From an uncultured delta proteobacterium (GTDB lineage: Bacteria; Myxococcota_A; Polyangia; Polyangiales; Polyangiaceae), in the NCBI GenBank assembly GCA_963841435.1, contig CAWJCS010000002.1, positions 1,088,001 through 1,152,000 on the forward strand: 64,000 bases of DNA, in the 5' to 3' direction. How positions within the stretch are numbered: position 1 is the first letter of the stretch; each line of letters begins with the position of its first letter. Under the pieces are notes generated by a model. It searched no databases. It saw only the letters and a list, made by a program, of their open reading frames with translations, and was not told where the DNA came from. This document shows positions 29,393 to 39,537 of this stretch, one piece after another. The position numbers and the translations under genes were made by a program.

Positions 29393-31084
29393 TCAGGGCG
29401 TGAAGTAGCGGCAGATGTTGCCGTTGCACGGCACGGCGTTGCAGCAGTCCGAGGCCTGCCCGCAGAGCTGACCGTACGACGCGCAGTTTCCGCCCGTCCC
29501 GCCGGTGCCGCCGGTTCCCGAGGTTCCGCCGGTGCCACCCGCGCCGCCGGTGCCGCTCGCGCCGCCGCCCGCGCCCGCTCCGGCGGTGCCGCCGGTGCCG
29601 CCCGTCCCGCCGGTGCCCCCCGGAGGCGTGCTGCAGATGCCCTGGACCGAGCCGGGGGGTCGGATGCACGTGCTGCCGGGACAGCAATCGCCGTTGATGC
29701 TGCAGGTGCCGCCAGCCATCACGCACTTGGGGTCGCCCGGTGGGATATCGGCGCAAACCAGCGCGCCCGTCGTGTCGGGGACGCACGGCAGCCCGTCGCA
29801 GCAGTCCGCGGCGGAGGCACACGTCTCGCCGCCAGCGCGGCACTCCGTACCGAGGCCGTTGCAGCGCGGCACGCCGAGTGCGTCGAGCTGGCACCCGTCC
29901 CTCATCGCGCCGAGCGCCCCGCAGCAGTTCGCGCGCGCGCTCGAAATGCTGCACGTGTAGTCCTGCATGTGGCAGACGTTGCCCTGTGGATTGCACGCGT
30001 TCGGATTGCGGCAGATGCCGCTCGTCTTGCCCTGCTCGATCACGCACGTGACGTGTCCGGCACCGGGCAGCCCGGAATCCGCGTCGCCGCCGCAGCAGTC
30101 CTCGTCGCGGCGGCAGAGGTCGCCCGTGACGTGGCAGCCGCTCGCGGGCTGACAGATGTCGCGGCCAGTGGGGCCCGGGGCGCACAGGCGGCTGCAGCAA
30201 TCGTTGCAGCCGTTGCAAACCATGCCGTTGACGCCGCTACAGAAGCTCGGCCCGTCGGGCGGCGCGGCGCAGGTGCCGACCGTCGCACCGCTCACCTTCA
30301 CGCACTCCGCGGTGCAGCAATCTTGGTCGCGCGAGCAGATGTCGCCTGGCTGGATGCACCACGACACGGCAAGCTCGCATTTGCCGCCCGCGCACGATTT
30401 CGAGCAACAGTCCGCGTCGTTGACGCAGTCGTTCCCGGACGTTTTGCACCTCGGGTTCAGCGGCTCGCAGGTCCCCCCCAGGCCGCAGGTGCCGCTGCAG
30501 CAGCTGCCGCCGCCCGTGCAGTCCTCGCCATCGGAGATGCACGCGCTCGCGTCGCACGTGGTGCCGTTGCAATTGAGGCCGCAGCAGTCCGTGGGAGAGC
30601 TGCAGCCGGCGCCCGGATCACCGCAGGAGGAAATCGCGGACTCGCACGCATCGGTCGCCGGGTTGCAGACGCCCGAGCAGCATTCGGCGCCGCCGGAACA
30701 AAGCTCGTCGAAGCCCTTGCAGGTCGGCCCGGTGCCCGCGCTCCCGCCGCTGGAGGCGCCCGCAGCCCCACCGTCCACGGCGCCCGCCTCGCCGCCGCTC
30801 GCCGTCGAGCCGCCGGTGGTTTGGGTGGTGCCGCCGTCGGCCCCGGCGCCGCCGCCCGTCGAGCTCGCCGACGATCCGCCCCGACCCGAGCCCGCCGAGG
30901 ACCCGCCGGTGCTCGACCCGCTGCTGCCGCTCTCGCCGCCGCTCGCGCTCGAGCCGCCCGCGCCGCCGCTCGTTTGCCCGGCTGTCCCGGCCCCGGGGCC
31001 TTTGCGGACGTCGTCCTTGCCGCCGCACGCGACGGCGACACCCACGCAGACCGACATTAGAGCCAGGATCGTCTTCAAGCGCAT
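29393..31084 (-). CDS. Cys-rich repeat lipoprotein with Gly-rich linkers
   Basis: Lipobox AVAC; many C-x6-C-x5-CC-x3-C units (e.g. CSGGAECCSGVC). Confidence 0.85.
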   Translation of the reverse strand: MRLKTILALMSVCVGVAVACGGKDDVRKGPGAGTAGQTSGGAGGSSASGGESGSSGSSTGGSSAGSGRGGSSASSTGGGAGADGGTTQTTGGSTASGGEAGAVDGGAAGASSGGSAGTGPTCKGFDELCSGGAECCSGVCNPATDACESAISSCGDPGAGCSSPTDCCGLNCNGTTCDASACISDGEDCTGGGSCCSGTCGLGGTCEPLNPRCKTSGNDCVNDADCCSKSCAGGKCELAVSWCIQPGDICSRDQDCCTAECVKVSGATVGTCAAPPDGPSFCSGVNGMVCNGCNDCCSRLCAPGPTGRDICQPASGCHVTGDLCRRDEDCCGGDADSGLPGAGHVTCVIEQGKTSGICRNPNACNPQGNVCHMQDYTCSISSARANCCGALGAMRDGCQLDALGVPRCNGLGTECRAGGETCASAADCCDGLPCVPDTTGALVCADIPPGDPKCVMAGGTCSINGDCCPGSTCIRPPGSVQGICSTPPGGTGGTGGTGGTAGAGAGGGASGTGGAGGTGGTSGTGGTGGTGGNCASYGQLCGQASDCCNAVPCNGNICRYFTP

Positions 31085-31226
31085 GAAAGACCTCGATGGG
31101 CGCGACTTGGGGCAAACGATGGGGTTCGCCCCCTCCTAGGTGGCAGCGGACCTGGTCGATTATCAGCCTGGTCCGGCTCGACGACACCGACGGGGCGTGC
31201 TGCCGCAGCGTGGATGCCGCTGCCAC

Positions 31227-32663
31227 TCAGGGACTCAGGGTCACGTTCGTGAGGACGAACACGTAGTCCTGGTAGTCCCCGTTCGACGCCTCTTCACCGC
31301 CGACGAGGTAGGCGTTTTGCACCAGCATTCCGTTGCCGTCGCGAAGCTTCCAGATCTTGACGCGGTGGGCGCCGTCGAAGCCCTCGGCGTCTTCACTGCT
31401 CAGCGTACCGACGCCTGCCGGCTGCATGAAGATGCCGAAGGCCGCAGAGCCGGGATCGAACGTCGTCGCGCCGCTCGCGAGCGGGGGCTCGAGCATCCTC
31501 GCCTTGTCGTTCGTTTGCGGGTCCGTCATGCGGGCGAGCGTGCCGACGACCGTGCGCGAGCTCGCGTTGCCGGGCACGTGGTAGCCGAACGGCACCTCGC
31601 CGGCCGGTGAGAAGCGCCCGATCGGAATCATGCTCACGGGCTGACCGGCGTCGGCTCGCACGAGCTTCGGCGCGGCGACCTCGTCGGTTCCAGCCTCGAC
31701 GCCCGGGAGCGTGCCGGGGTTCGGGTTCGCGTCGTTGCGGATCGCGGCCGGGACGTTGGAGTCCCAATCGGGGAACGCATCGAGGATCTGCCCGAGCGTG
31801 GGCTCGAGCTCGACGTACGTGAGGACGAGCGCGTAAAAGCGCACGGCGACCGCGCCGGCGCCGCCCGTCACGTCGAGATTGGCTTTCAAGACCGTGGCGC
31901 CGTCGTCCTGGGCCGGTGCGGCGCCGAGCCGAGCGTTGTCGGTGACGAGCCGGACGGTCACGTCGAGGTCCGCGCCGGCCGCGAGGTCGACGGGGAAGGC
32001 CGCCGGGTCGGTGATCTCGAAGCGTGCTGCGTCGCCGCCGCTCGTGGCCACGCTGATCGACTCCATGCTGCCGCCGCCGTTGTGGACGTGGAAGGTGCTC
32101 GACGGTCCGAGCATGGGACCGCTGGTCCGGTTGCTCGGCGTCGTGCCCGTGTAGTAGCGAACGCCGGTCCAGAGCTTTTCGCTCGGGTTGACGGTGATGG
32201 CCGTCGAGGACCCGCCCGCCTGGCCGGCGCTGCCTGCCGCGCCAGCTCCCGCGCCCCCGTTGCCGGCACCGCCGCTCGCCGTCCCGCTGGTGCCGGCGCC
32301 GCCGACCGACAGCGTGCCGCCGTCACCCGTCACGCCACCGTCCGACGTCGTTCCGCCGTTCGCACCGCCGTTGCCGGTGCCGCCCGCATCCGAGCCGGCG
32401 CCGCCCGGCCTTGCGCCCGCGGCCGCGCTGCCCGCGCTGCCACCGCTCGTGGTGCCGCCCGCCGAGCTCCCCGCGGGGCCGCCGCCGAGCCCGGCACTTG
32501 GGCCGCCGGTGCCCGCGCCCCCGGGCGCGCCGCCGCCCTGCGCACCGGCGCCACCCGTGCCGCCCCCGTTCGACGGCGGTGCGGCGCGGTCCGACCCGCA
32601 CGCGGACAGGACGAGCCCGAAAAAGAGCGGCGAAAGCAGGCTCGGGAGTCGCGTTCGGTGCAT
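31227..32663 (-). CDS. Lipoprotein with Gly-rich linker and Ig-like/unknown beta domain
   Basis: Lipobox LSAC; long Gly linker; C-terminal EEASNGDYQDYVFVLTNV. Confidence 0.8.
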   Translation of the reverse strand: MHRTRLPSLLSPLFFGLVLSACGSDRAAPPSNGGGTGGAGAQGGGAPGGAGTGGPSAGLGGGPAGSSAGGTTSGGSAGSAAAGARPGGAGSDAGGTGNGGANGGTTSDGGVTGDGGTLSVGGAGTSGTASGGAGNGGAGAGAAGSAGQAGGSSTAITVNPSEKLWTGVRYYTGTTPSNRTSGPMLGPSSTFHVHNGGGSMESISVATSGGDAARFEITDPAAFPVDLAAGADLDVTVRLVTDNARLGAAPAQDDGATVLKANLDVTGGAGAVAVRFYALVLTYVELEPTLGQILDAFPDWDSNVPAAIRNDANPNPGTLPGVEAGTDEVAAPKLVRADAGQPVSMIPIGRFSPAGEVPFGYHVPGNASSRTVVGTLARMTDPQTNDKARMLEPPLASGATTFDPGSAAFGIFMQPAGVGTLSSEDAEGFDGAHRVKIWKLRDGNGMLVQNAYLVGGEEASNGDYQDYVFVLTNVTLSP

Positions 32664-32671
32664 CGCGGGCC

Positions 32672-33586
32672 TCAGCGGACGCAGCGGACGGCGTTCGGCG
32701 TCGTGCCGAGGTCGTAGAGTGCTGCTCCGTAGTCGAACGAAACGTACCAGGCAAGCTCGGCGCTGCCGGCCCACGCGCTGCCCGTCCAGAAGGGCACCGA
32801 CGGCGTGCCCGCGAAGACATCCGCGTCGATCGCCGGAGCGCGCGTCGTTTCATCGACCAGCGTTTCGAGCTCCGGCATCGTGGGCAGACGAAAGCCTTGT
32901 TCGCCTGCGAGGTCGAGCTCGGCGCAGTAGTCGCGTGCGGCGAATAGCCCGAGCGGTGCGGGCGCCGTGCCGCGTTGCCAGGTGAGCCCGGTGCGAAGGT
33001 CGCGCGCCGTGTCGGGCCGCACGTCGAAGCGCGGCCCCGTGGTCTTTTTCAACCCCGCCGACGACACGCAGCGCACGCGAAACGCATTCCCGGCGTCCTC
33101 GAGGTCGGGGTAGCCGAAGTAGAAATAGGCGTACCAGGCGCGCGTCGGATCGCCGGCGCTGCGCGACGAGCTCCAGAACCATTCCCCCGGCGTCGCCGGG
33201 AACGCCTCGGGGTCGATGGCCGGCTCGCTCCGGCCGAGGTCGAGCAGCGACACGAGCTCGATGCGCGTCGGTAGCCGAAAATCGTCGTTTTGCCCGAGTG
33301 TCAGGTCGTCGCAGTAGCGCTCTGCTTCATCGACGCTGAACGACTCGCTCGGCACGTTGCGCTGCCACGCCAGCCCCGTGACGACGTCGAGCACGACGGA
33401 CTCGCTGTCGGCGCGATCGAGCGCGTAGTGTCGCTCGTTCGGCAGGCCGAGGCCGGGCTCGTTCGGCATCGGCCAGGCCGCGGTGCTCGGGTTGCCTGCC
33501 GTCGCTGTCCCCCCGCCTGGTGCATCGCGCGAGGTGGTGCAGCCGAGGGCTGCGAGGAGCGAGAGCACGACGACCCGGCGTATCAG
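32672..33586 (-). CDS. Tandem DUF1566 (Lcl C-terminal-like) lipoprotein
   Basis: Two D..TGL.WQR / A..YC / FRLPT..EL..L / W(S/T) / VRCV domains; lipobox ALGC. No ATG/GTG at the expected start (TGATA overlap with the upstream stop). Confidence 0.8.
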   Translation of the reverse strand: MIRRVVVLSLLAALGCTTSRDAPGGGTATAGNPSTAAWPMPNEPGLGLPNERHYALDRADSESVVLDVVTGLAWQRNVPSESFSVDEAERYCDDLTLGQNDDFRLPTRIELVSLLDLGRSEPAIDPEAFPATPGEWFWSSSRSAGDPTRAWYAYFYFGYPDLEDAGNAFRVRCVSSAGLKKTTGPRFDVRPDTARDLRTGLTWQRGTAPAPLGLFAARDYCAELDLAGEQGFRLPTMPELETLVDETTRAPAIDADVFAGTPSVPFWTGSAWAGSAELAWYVSFDYGAALYDLGTTPNAVRCVR

Positions 33587-35431
33587 AGATTCTCCCCCGC
33601 CGACGGCGTACGGAGCCGGAAGGCCTTGGTCTTCGCGAGCGCCACCAGGTAGTCCCGGATCGAGTAGCCGGACGCGCTGGCCGCTTTGTAGGCGTTCTCG
33701 ATCGAGCCTGCGTCCGCGTCGCCCTCGAGCCGGCCCAGCATGTACCGTGACCACTGGCGGGCGGTGCACCAGCTCACCTCCGCGTCGCTCGCGAGCGCGT
33801 GCACCAGCTCGTGGGCGTTCTGGAAGGGGATCTCGACGCCGTTCGGCGTGACGCCGCCGACGCCGGCGCCGCTCGGGAGCGGTGCGCCGGTCGCGTCGAT
33901 CGGCTTGTTTTCTTCCATCGTGCGGAAGCGCCCGATCGAGTCGAAGTTCTCGAACGCGAAGCCCCAGGGGTCGAACAGCGCGTGGCAGCCGGCCGCGCAT
34001 GCGTTCTTTTCGTGATCGGCGAAGCGCTCACGCGTCGTCATGCCGGGCTCGGGTGGCCGCACCTCGGGCACGACCAGCGGTGGCGGCGGCACCTGCCCGC
34101 AGAGCAGCTGCCGGTACACGACGAGGCCGCGATCGACGGGCGGCGCCGTGCCGTTGGTTCTGAGGAACGGGACCTGCATCAAGATGCCCTCGCGCTGCGA
34201 CGGATCGAGCTCGAGCCGCACGAAGGCGTCTCCCTGGGCGGTGGCGCCGTACTCGGGCGCCGTCGTGGCGTTGACGAACGTGTAGGGAGCCGTGAGCAGC
34301 GACGAAAGCGTCCCGTCGCCCTCGAGTACCACCGACGCAACGAACGTCGCGAGCTCGCGCCCTAGCTGCGTCCCGAGATCGGTTCCCGGCAAGAGGTCGT
34401 CCAGGTTGTCGATATGCAGCCACTGGCGGTGGAAGTTGAAAAGGGCGTTCGTCGCGCGCGTCGGGTCGGCGAGCATGCGCGTCGCCTGCGTCGCAATGCC
34501 GTCGGCATCGTCGAGCCCGCCGGATTCCGCCGCGGTGAGCAGCGCATCGTCCGGCATCGATTCCCAGAGGAAATAGGAGAGTCGTGACGCAACCTGGTAC
34601 GCCGTCAGGTGCACGAGCGCTGGGTCCGTCGTGTCGCGCACGGGCGGCTGATCGCCGATCTCCCAGTGATAGAGGAAGTTCGGCGATTGGAGCATCTCGG
34701 ACGTTACGTGGGTCAGCGACTGATTGAAATCGAAGCCGAGGCCGCGGGCCGTCTGGAACAGCGCGACGAGATCCGCGGATTCGTCGGCCGTCACGGGACG
34801 CCGGTACGCGTGCCGGCCGAACGACGCGATGAAGTCGGTGGCGCAGCTCACCTCTGCGGCCTGGGTTGCCGGCGCGGCGCACGGCACGGCGAGCGTGCCC
34901 CGCGACATGGCGCTCACGGCGAGCGTCGCCGCGCGCTCCATGTACATCTGCGCGTTGATGGTGGCGACGTTGTTCGGCGTCTCGAAGCCGCTGTTGCCCG
35001 GCCCGTCGACCTCGAAGCCCTCGGACGCGTTCGAGGTTTCGCCCAAGAGATCACGCATGGTGTTCGCGTACTCTCGGTGCGTGAGCCTGAGCATGGGCAG
35101 GATGCCGGCGGTTTCGGCGGCAGGCGGCGTGTTGACGGGGGGTGGCATCGTCGTGCCACTGCCGCCCGTTCCGGCGCTTCCGGACGTGCCGCCCCCGCTG
35201 CCACTCATCGCGCCCGCGCTGCCGCCCGTCGTCGCGGAAACGGCACCGGTCCCGCCCGTGGCTGCGCCAGTCCCCGAAGCGCCGCCGCTACCACCCGCCT
35301 GAGCCGCGGGGCCGCTGTCGCCTGGAGTGCCTGTCTGGATGCTGCCCGTGCAGCCGAGCGCGACGAGCGACGCGATGCCGAGAAGCGCCCGTAGCGTGGT
35401 TCGAGGAAAAGGAGCGTAGCGTGGTGCTCAT
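33583..35431 (-). CDS. DUF1592/DUF1588/DUF1595/DUF1587-domain lipoprotein, apparent +1 frameshift at ~35408
   Basis: RLTHREYANT, LQSPNFLY, ASRLSYFLW.SMPD, PVDRG, TTRERF, CHALFDPWGFAFENFD. AAGGAG-ATG at 35431 joins lipobox ALGC if one base of the A4 run is removed. Confidence 0.85.
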
Positions 35432-35442
35432 CGCGATCTCCT

Positions 35443-36810
35443 TCAGCCCTTCAGCACGGCGAGCTCGCCGCCGTATTCGGGTTGTCCGAACGTTTCGGTG
35501 GGCACGCCGAGCGCATTGGCGATGGCGATGAGAATGCCGTTTTGCGCGGTGTTCGCCGGCAGTTTCACGCTGCGCCCGGTCTTGAAATAGCCGCCGCAGG
35601 AGCCGGCCATGATCGCGGGCACGTTGTTGTACTCGTGCTGACCCGTGCGCATGTTGTTCATGGCGATGAACACCGAGCTGTCGAGGAGGCCGCTCGTCTT
35701 CATCGAGCCAATGGCGTAGGCGACCTGTTCCTGGAACCAGGTGTCCATGGTGTCCTTCTCGGTGCCGTTGCGATGCGCGATCGAGTGGTAGCCGTTCACG
35801 TTGCCCGTGTTGCCGTCCTGCCCGCCGGGCATGAAGCCGAGGTTGTAGAGGATGAGATCGCTGTCGCCCTGATCGCCGAGCTGCAGCACGACGACGCGCG
35901 TCGCGTCGGCGGCGAGCGCGGCCACGCTGAGGTCGATCATCATCTTCGTCGTGGTGTGGAAATTCTCGGTCGAGCCCGTGTTCACGCCTTCGGGCAGCAT
36001 CGGCGGCTCGCCCGTCGGCGTCGAAACCGGCGGCGTCGTGAGCCCCATCTCGATCTCGCGGATCGACTGCAGATGGGCGTCGATGCGCAGGCCGTCCTCC
36101 GTGCCGACGCGACCCTTGAAACGATTGAGATCCTTGATCACCGTGTCGAGGATGCTCGTCTTGATCTGGAGATCACGATCCGCCATCGGGTCCGCTGGGG
36201 GCGTCGTGCCGCCCGTGCCGCCCGGCTGATTGCCGAAGATCTGGGTGAAGATGCGATACGGATCGGTCGTGGGCACGATCGCGTCGCCCGCACCGCGCCA
36301 CGACAGGCGTGCGGTGCTCTTCACGAGAATGCCGAGGTTCAGGCTCGTGAGCCCGCCGTAGCCCATTGACTTGAGCTGCGTTCCGATGTGCTGGTCGATC
36401 GAAGGTCCGCCGGCGACGTTGCCCGCCGTCGAGCTGCCGAACGATTGGTAGAACTTGCCCGTGAGCATGCCCTGAAAGCAGGCGTGGCCGGACACCTCAC
36501 CCCCCGACGGGTTCGGCGACTCGCGGACGAAGCGGTAGTTGATGTTGTCGAGGAGCAAGAGGTCATCGCGCAGCGGCTCGAGTGACGCCTGGAACGGCGC
36601 GAACGTGTAGCTCGTCCCCTCGCCCGGCCACTTGGAGACGGAGCTCTTGCTGAGGAAGCCGTCTGCCCAGACGAGAAAAAACGCACCCCGCGCGGGAGGA
36701 ACCTGGCCGCGCGCCTCCGTTTCCCAGTCGAGCAGCGGCAGCAGCGCGGGCCCAACGCCGAGCGCTCGGAGCAACGTGCGACGGGAGAAGCGATCGGTCT
36801 TGCTCATCAT
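35443..36810 (-). CDS. DUF1552 family protein (Tat-exported)
   Basis: SRRTLLRALG twin-arginine signal, GPSIDQ, RIDAHLQSIREIE, ADATRVV, HSIAH, GGYFKTGR. Confidence 0.88.
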   Translation of the reverse strand: MMSKTDRFSRRTLLRALGVGPALLPLLDWETEARGQVPPARGAFFLVWADGFLSKSSVSKWPGEGTSYTFAPFQASLEPLRDDLLLLDNINYRFVRESPNPSGGEVSGHACFQGMLTGKFYQSFGSSTAGNVAGGPSIDQHIGTQLKSMGYGGLTSLNLGILVKSTARLSWRGAGDAIVPTTDPYRIFTQIFGNQPGGTGGTTPPADPMADRDLQIKTSILDTVIKDLNRFKGRVGTEDGLRIDAHLQSIREIEMGLTTPPVSTPTGEPPMLPEGVNTGSTENFHTTTKMMIDLSVAALAADATRVVVLQLGDQGDSDLILYNLGFMPGGQDGNTGNVNGYHSIAHRNGTEKDTMDTWFQEQVAYAIGSMKTSGLLDSSVFIAMNNMRTGQHEYNNVPAIMAGSCGGYFKTGRSVKLPANTAQNGILIAIANALGVPTETFGQPEYGGELAVLKG

Positions 36811-37043
36811 GGCGGTATTCCCACGGCAGAAATTGACCAGTGGCGCCCCCTCGTGCTTCGACCCGCGGCGGGTCACCCTTGGGGCTCACGAACTGGTTGC
36901 CGTCGACTCGCAATTTCGGTCACGAGCAACGCATTTGGTCGCGGGCCCACCGCCGTGCTGGATGATTGCCACCCAGGGAGAATTCTCGGAGCCTGCGACG
37001 AGTCGGTTCGATTCGTGAGCCCGGATCGGGCGGACGCCAGTCG

Positions 37044-38006
37044 TCAAAGCACGCAGCGCACGAGCCCCAGGGTGTCGAGGGTCGCATAGAGCGAGTACCC
37101 GTCCGAGAAGCGCACGAGCCAGGCGCTCGCCACGTCACCCGCGAGCTTCGACGACGACCAGACGACCTCGTCGGCCACGTCGGGGAAGGCGACCTCGTCG
37201 ATCAAGAGTGCCCCCGCGGGACGCTCGGAAACGAGCGTCTGCAGCTCTTTCATCGTCGGCACACGAAACCCGCTCGACCCCGCGAGCGAGAGCGCCGCAC
37301 ACCGCCTGGCCGCTTCGTCGAACGTCACCGGTGTCGCATCGGCGGCGCGTTGCCACACGAGACCCGTGGCCGGATCCGACACCGTGTCCGCATCGATGAC
37401 GAGGGGCTCGCGGGCCGAGGCGGGCGGCGCGTGGTCGGTGCGCACGCAACGCACCCACTGCGCGTACACCGTGAGGTTCGAGCTCGTGTAGCCGAAGAAG
37501 AAGTTGACGTGAAAGCGTTGCTCCGCGTCGCCCGGTACGACGGACGCGCTCCAGTACGCCTCGCTCGGCTCACCGGGGAAGACGTCGGGGTCGAGCGCGG
37601 CGTCCATTTTCGTGTAGTTGACGAGCGAGACGAGCTCGATGCGCGTGGGCAGCCGAAAGTCGTCGTGGCCCTCGAGCGCGAGCGCCTCGCAATGGGTGCC
37701 GGCGTCGGCGCTCACGAAGCCGCCGCCCTCGCCGGGGCCCTGATCGGCGACCCGCTGCCATGAAAGCCCGGTCGTCTGGTCCGTCGCGAGGGCGCCCGAG
37801 CCGGAAAGCTCGTAGCGGGCCGGGTTCGGTGCATCATCCCCCGGAGGATTCGGCATTTTCCAGAGGGCACGGGTGCGGTCGATCGCGCCGGAACCGCCGT
37901 CGCCGTCGGGACCGGTGCCCGATTTCCCTGGGCTCGAGCAACTTGCCGCTAGCACCGCGAGCACCGTCCCCCCGAAAAATCTCACGTGAGGGGCGGCGGC
38001 TCGCAT
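37044..38006 (-). CDS. Tandem DUF1566 lipoprotein (paralog of 32672-33586)
   Basis: Lipobox AASC; W.MPN, TGLSWQR, DDFRLPTRIELVSL, VRCV. Confidence 0.85.
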   Translation of the reverse strand: MRAAAPHVRFFGGTVLAVLAASCSSPGKSGTGPDGDGGSGAIDRTRALWKMPNPPGDDAPNPARYELSGSGALATDQTTGLSWQRVADQGPGEGGGFVSADAGTHCEALALEGHDDFRLPTRIELVSLVNYTKMDAALDPDVFPGEPSEAYWSASVVPGDAEQRFHVNFFFGYTSSNLTVYAQWVRCVRTDHAPPASAREPLVIDADTVSDPATGLVWQRAADATPVTFDEAARRCAALSLAGSSGFRVPTMKELQTLVSERPAGALLIDEVAFPDVADEVVWSSSKLAGDVASAWLVRFSDGYSLYATLDTLGLVRCVL

Positions 38007-38056
38007 CGCCCGCCGTTACGATCACTTCCCGACGAGTGCCAGCGTCCACGATACCC

Positions 38057-39481
38057 ATGATGCCCCGACCCTCCACGACTCCTCTCTCGCTTCTGCTCCT
38101 CGGGGTGCTTCCGATCGCGACGGCGATTGCGTGCGGCGAGCCCGCAGCAACCAACGGCGACACGCTGCCGCGCGGCGGCACCGCGAACGTTGCGGGCGGC
38201 GGTGGTTCGAGTGGTGCCGCGGCGTCGGGTGGCGTTGCGGCGTCGGGTGGTGCGGCTTCGGGCACGGGCGGCATGGGCGGCACGGTCGTCGCGGGCGCCG
38301 GAGGTGCGGCCGGAACGCTGGGGGGTGGAGCCGGGGCAGCAGGCCTGGGGGGCGCGAGCGGGGCGGGCGACGGCGGCGGCGGGGGCTCGGCCGCCGGTCT
38401 TGGCGGCGCGGGCGCAGCCGGCCTCGGCGGGCAAGGCGCGAGCGGCGCAGGCGGCAGCGGGGCGGGCGGCCAGGCGGGGAGCGGCGGCGGCGCGGCCGGC
38501 ACGGGCGGCGCGGCCGGCACGGGCGGCACGAAGCCGGGCTCCGTGCCCGTTGATCCGGCGCTCCGCGCACGCTGCACCGGCGAAAACCCCATCGAGTGTC
38601 ATCTCGACGCGCCGAACGGCAACTACGACGTGACCGTCGTGCTCGGCGATACCGCGCTCGCTGGCTCGTCGTGGGTCGAGGCCGAAACGCACCATCTCGT
38701 CGTCGAGGAAACGAAGACGGCCGCGGGCGAGACTCAATCGTTCACGTTCACGGCGAACGTGCGCCGCGAGCAACACGACGGCGGGCAGAGCGCTCCGGAC
38801 AACGTGCTCGACCTCGTGATTGGCGGCCAGCAGCCGACGCTCGCGGGGCTCGGCGTGCGCGCGGCGCCGGACTCCACGACCCTCTTCGTAGCGAGTGACT
38901 CGACGGCCTGCGATTGGGACGCGTCGAGCTCGTCGTCGCAGGCCGACGACGAGCGGGGCTGGGCGCAAGAGCTTTCGCTCTATCTCGGCCCCGGCGTCGC
39001 CGTGGCAAACTACGCGGATTCGGGCGAGACCGCGGGCAGCTTCTATTCGAAGTTCTTCGGGCCCGCGAAGAGCGCCATGAAGGCGGGCGACTTCTTGTTC
39101 ATTCAGTTCGGACACAACGACCAGAAGAACACGGCCGACGTGAGCGCGTATCAGCAGAATCTCGGCCGCTACGTCACCGACGCGCGCAACGCGGGCGCCA
39201 CCCCCGTCGTCTTCACGCCCGTGTCGCGCTCGAGCGGCACCACGCAGGACCCGGGCTTCGCCGGTTTGGACCAGCAGGCGCGCGACTTTGCCGCGAGCCA
39301 AAACGTCGCGCTCGTCGATCTGACGGCGCTCTCGCGCGCGTACTACACGACGGTGCCGAGCAAGTCGGCGCTGTTCGTCAACGGCACGCACTTCCACGAG
39401 GTCGGTGCCGTCGGCGTCGCGGGCGTCGTCGCCGAGGCGCTTCGCACGGGCAGCCTCTCGCTCGCGGCGTTCGTCCGCTGA
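38057..39481 (+). CDS. Rhamnogalacturonan acetylesterase-like SGNH/GDSL esterase (CE12) lipoprotein
   Basis: Lipobox AIAC; Gly linker; ASDSTA, GWAQ, NYADSG, FIQFGHND, TH. Confidence 0.85.
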   Translation: MMPRPSTTPLSLLLLGVLPIATAIACGEPAATNGDTLPRGGTANVAGGGGSSGAAASGGVAASGGAASGTGGMGGTVVAGAGGAAGTLGGGAGAAGLGGASGAGDGGGGGSAAGLGGAGAAGLGGQGASGAGGSGAGGQAGSGGGAAGTGGAAGTGGTKPGSVPVDPALRARCTGENPIECHLDAPNGNYDVTVVLGDTALAGSSWVEAETHHLVVEETKTAAGETQSFTFTANVRREQHDGGQSAPDNVLDLVIGGQQPTLAGLGVRAAPDSTTLFVASDSTACDWDASSSSSQADDERGWAQELSLYLGPGVAVANYADSGETAGSFYSKFFGPAKSAMKAGDFLFIQFGHNDQKNTADVSAYQQNLGRYVTDARNAGATPVVFTPVSRSSGTTQDPGFAGLDQQARDFAASQNVALVDLTALSRAYYTTVPSKSALFVNGTHFHEVGAVGVAGVVAEALRTGSLSLAAFVR

Positions 39482-39537
39482 CGGGCTTGCGCGCGCTTTC
39501 GTGATTCGCTTGAGGGCCGATGTGCGACCTTTCTCGC

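Noticed and set aside
29393-31084. Cys-rich protein as a multiheme cytochrome or RiPP precursor
   Set aside because: No CxxCH motifs and no modifying enzymes nearby; the pattern fits disulfide-bonded extracellular repeats
33581-33586. Non-canonical ATA/CTG start for the DUF1566 gene
   Set aside because: TGATA is one base from the usual TGATG coupling; given the other apparent errors it cannot be claimed as real
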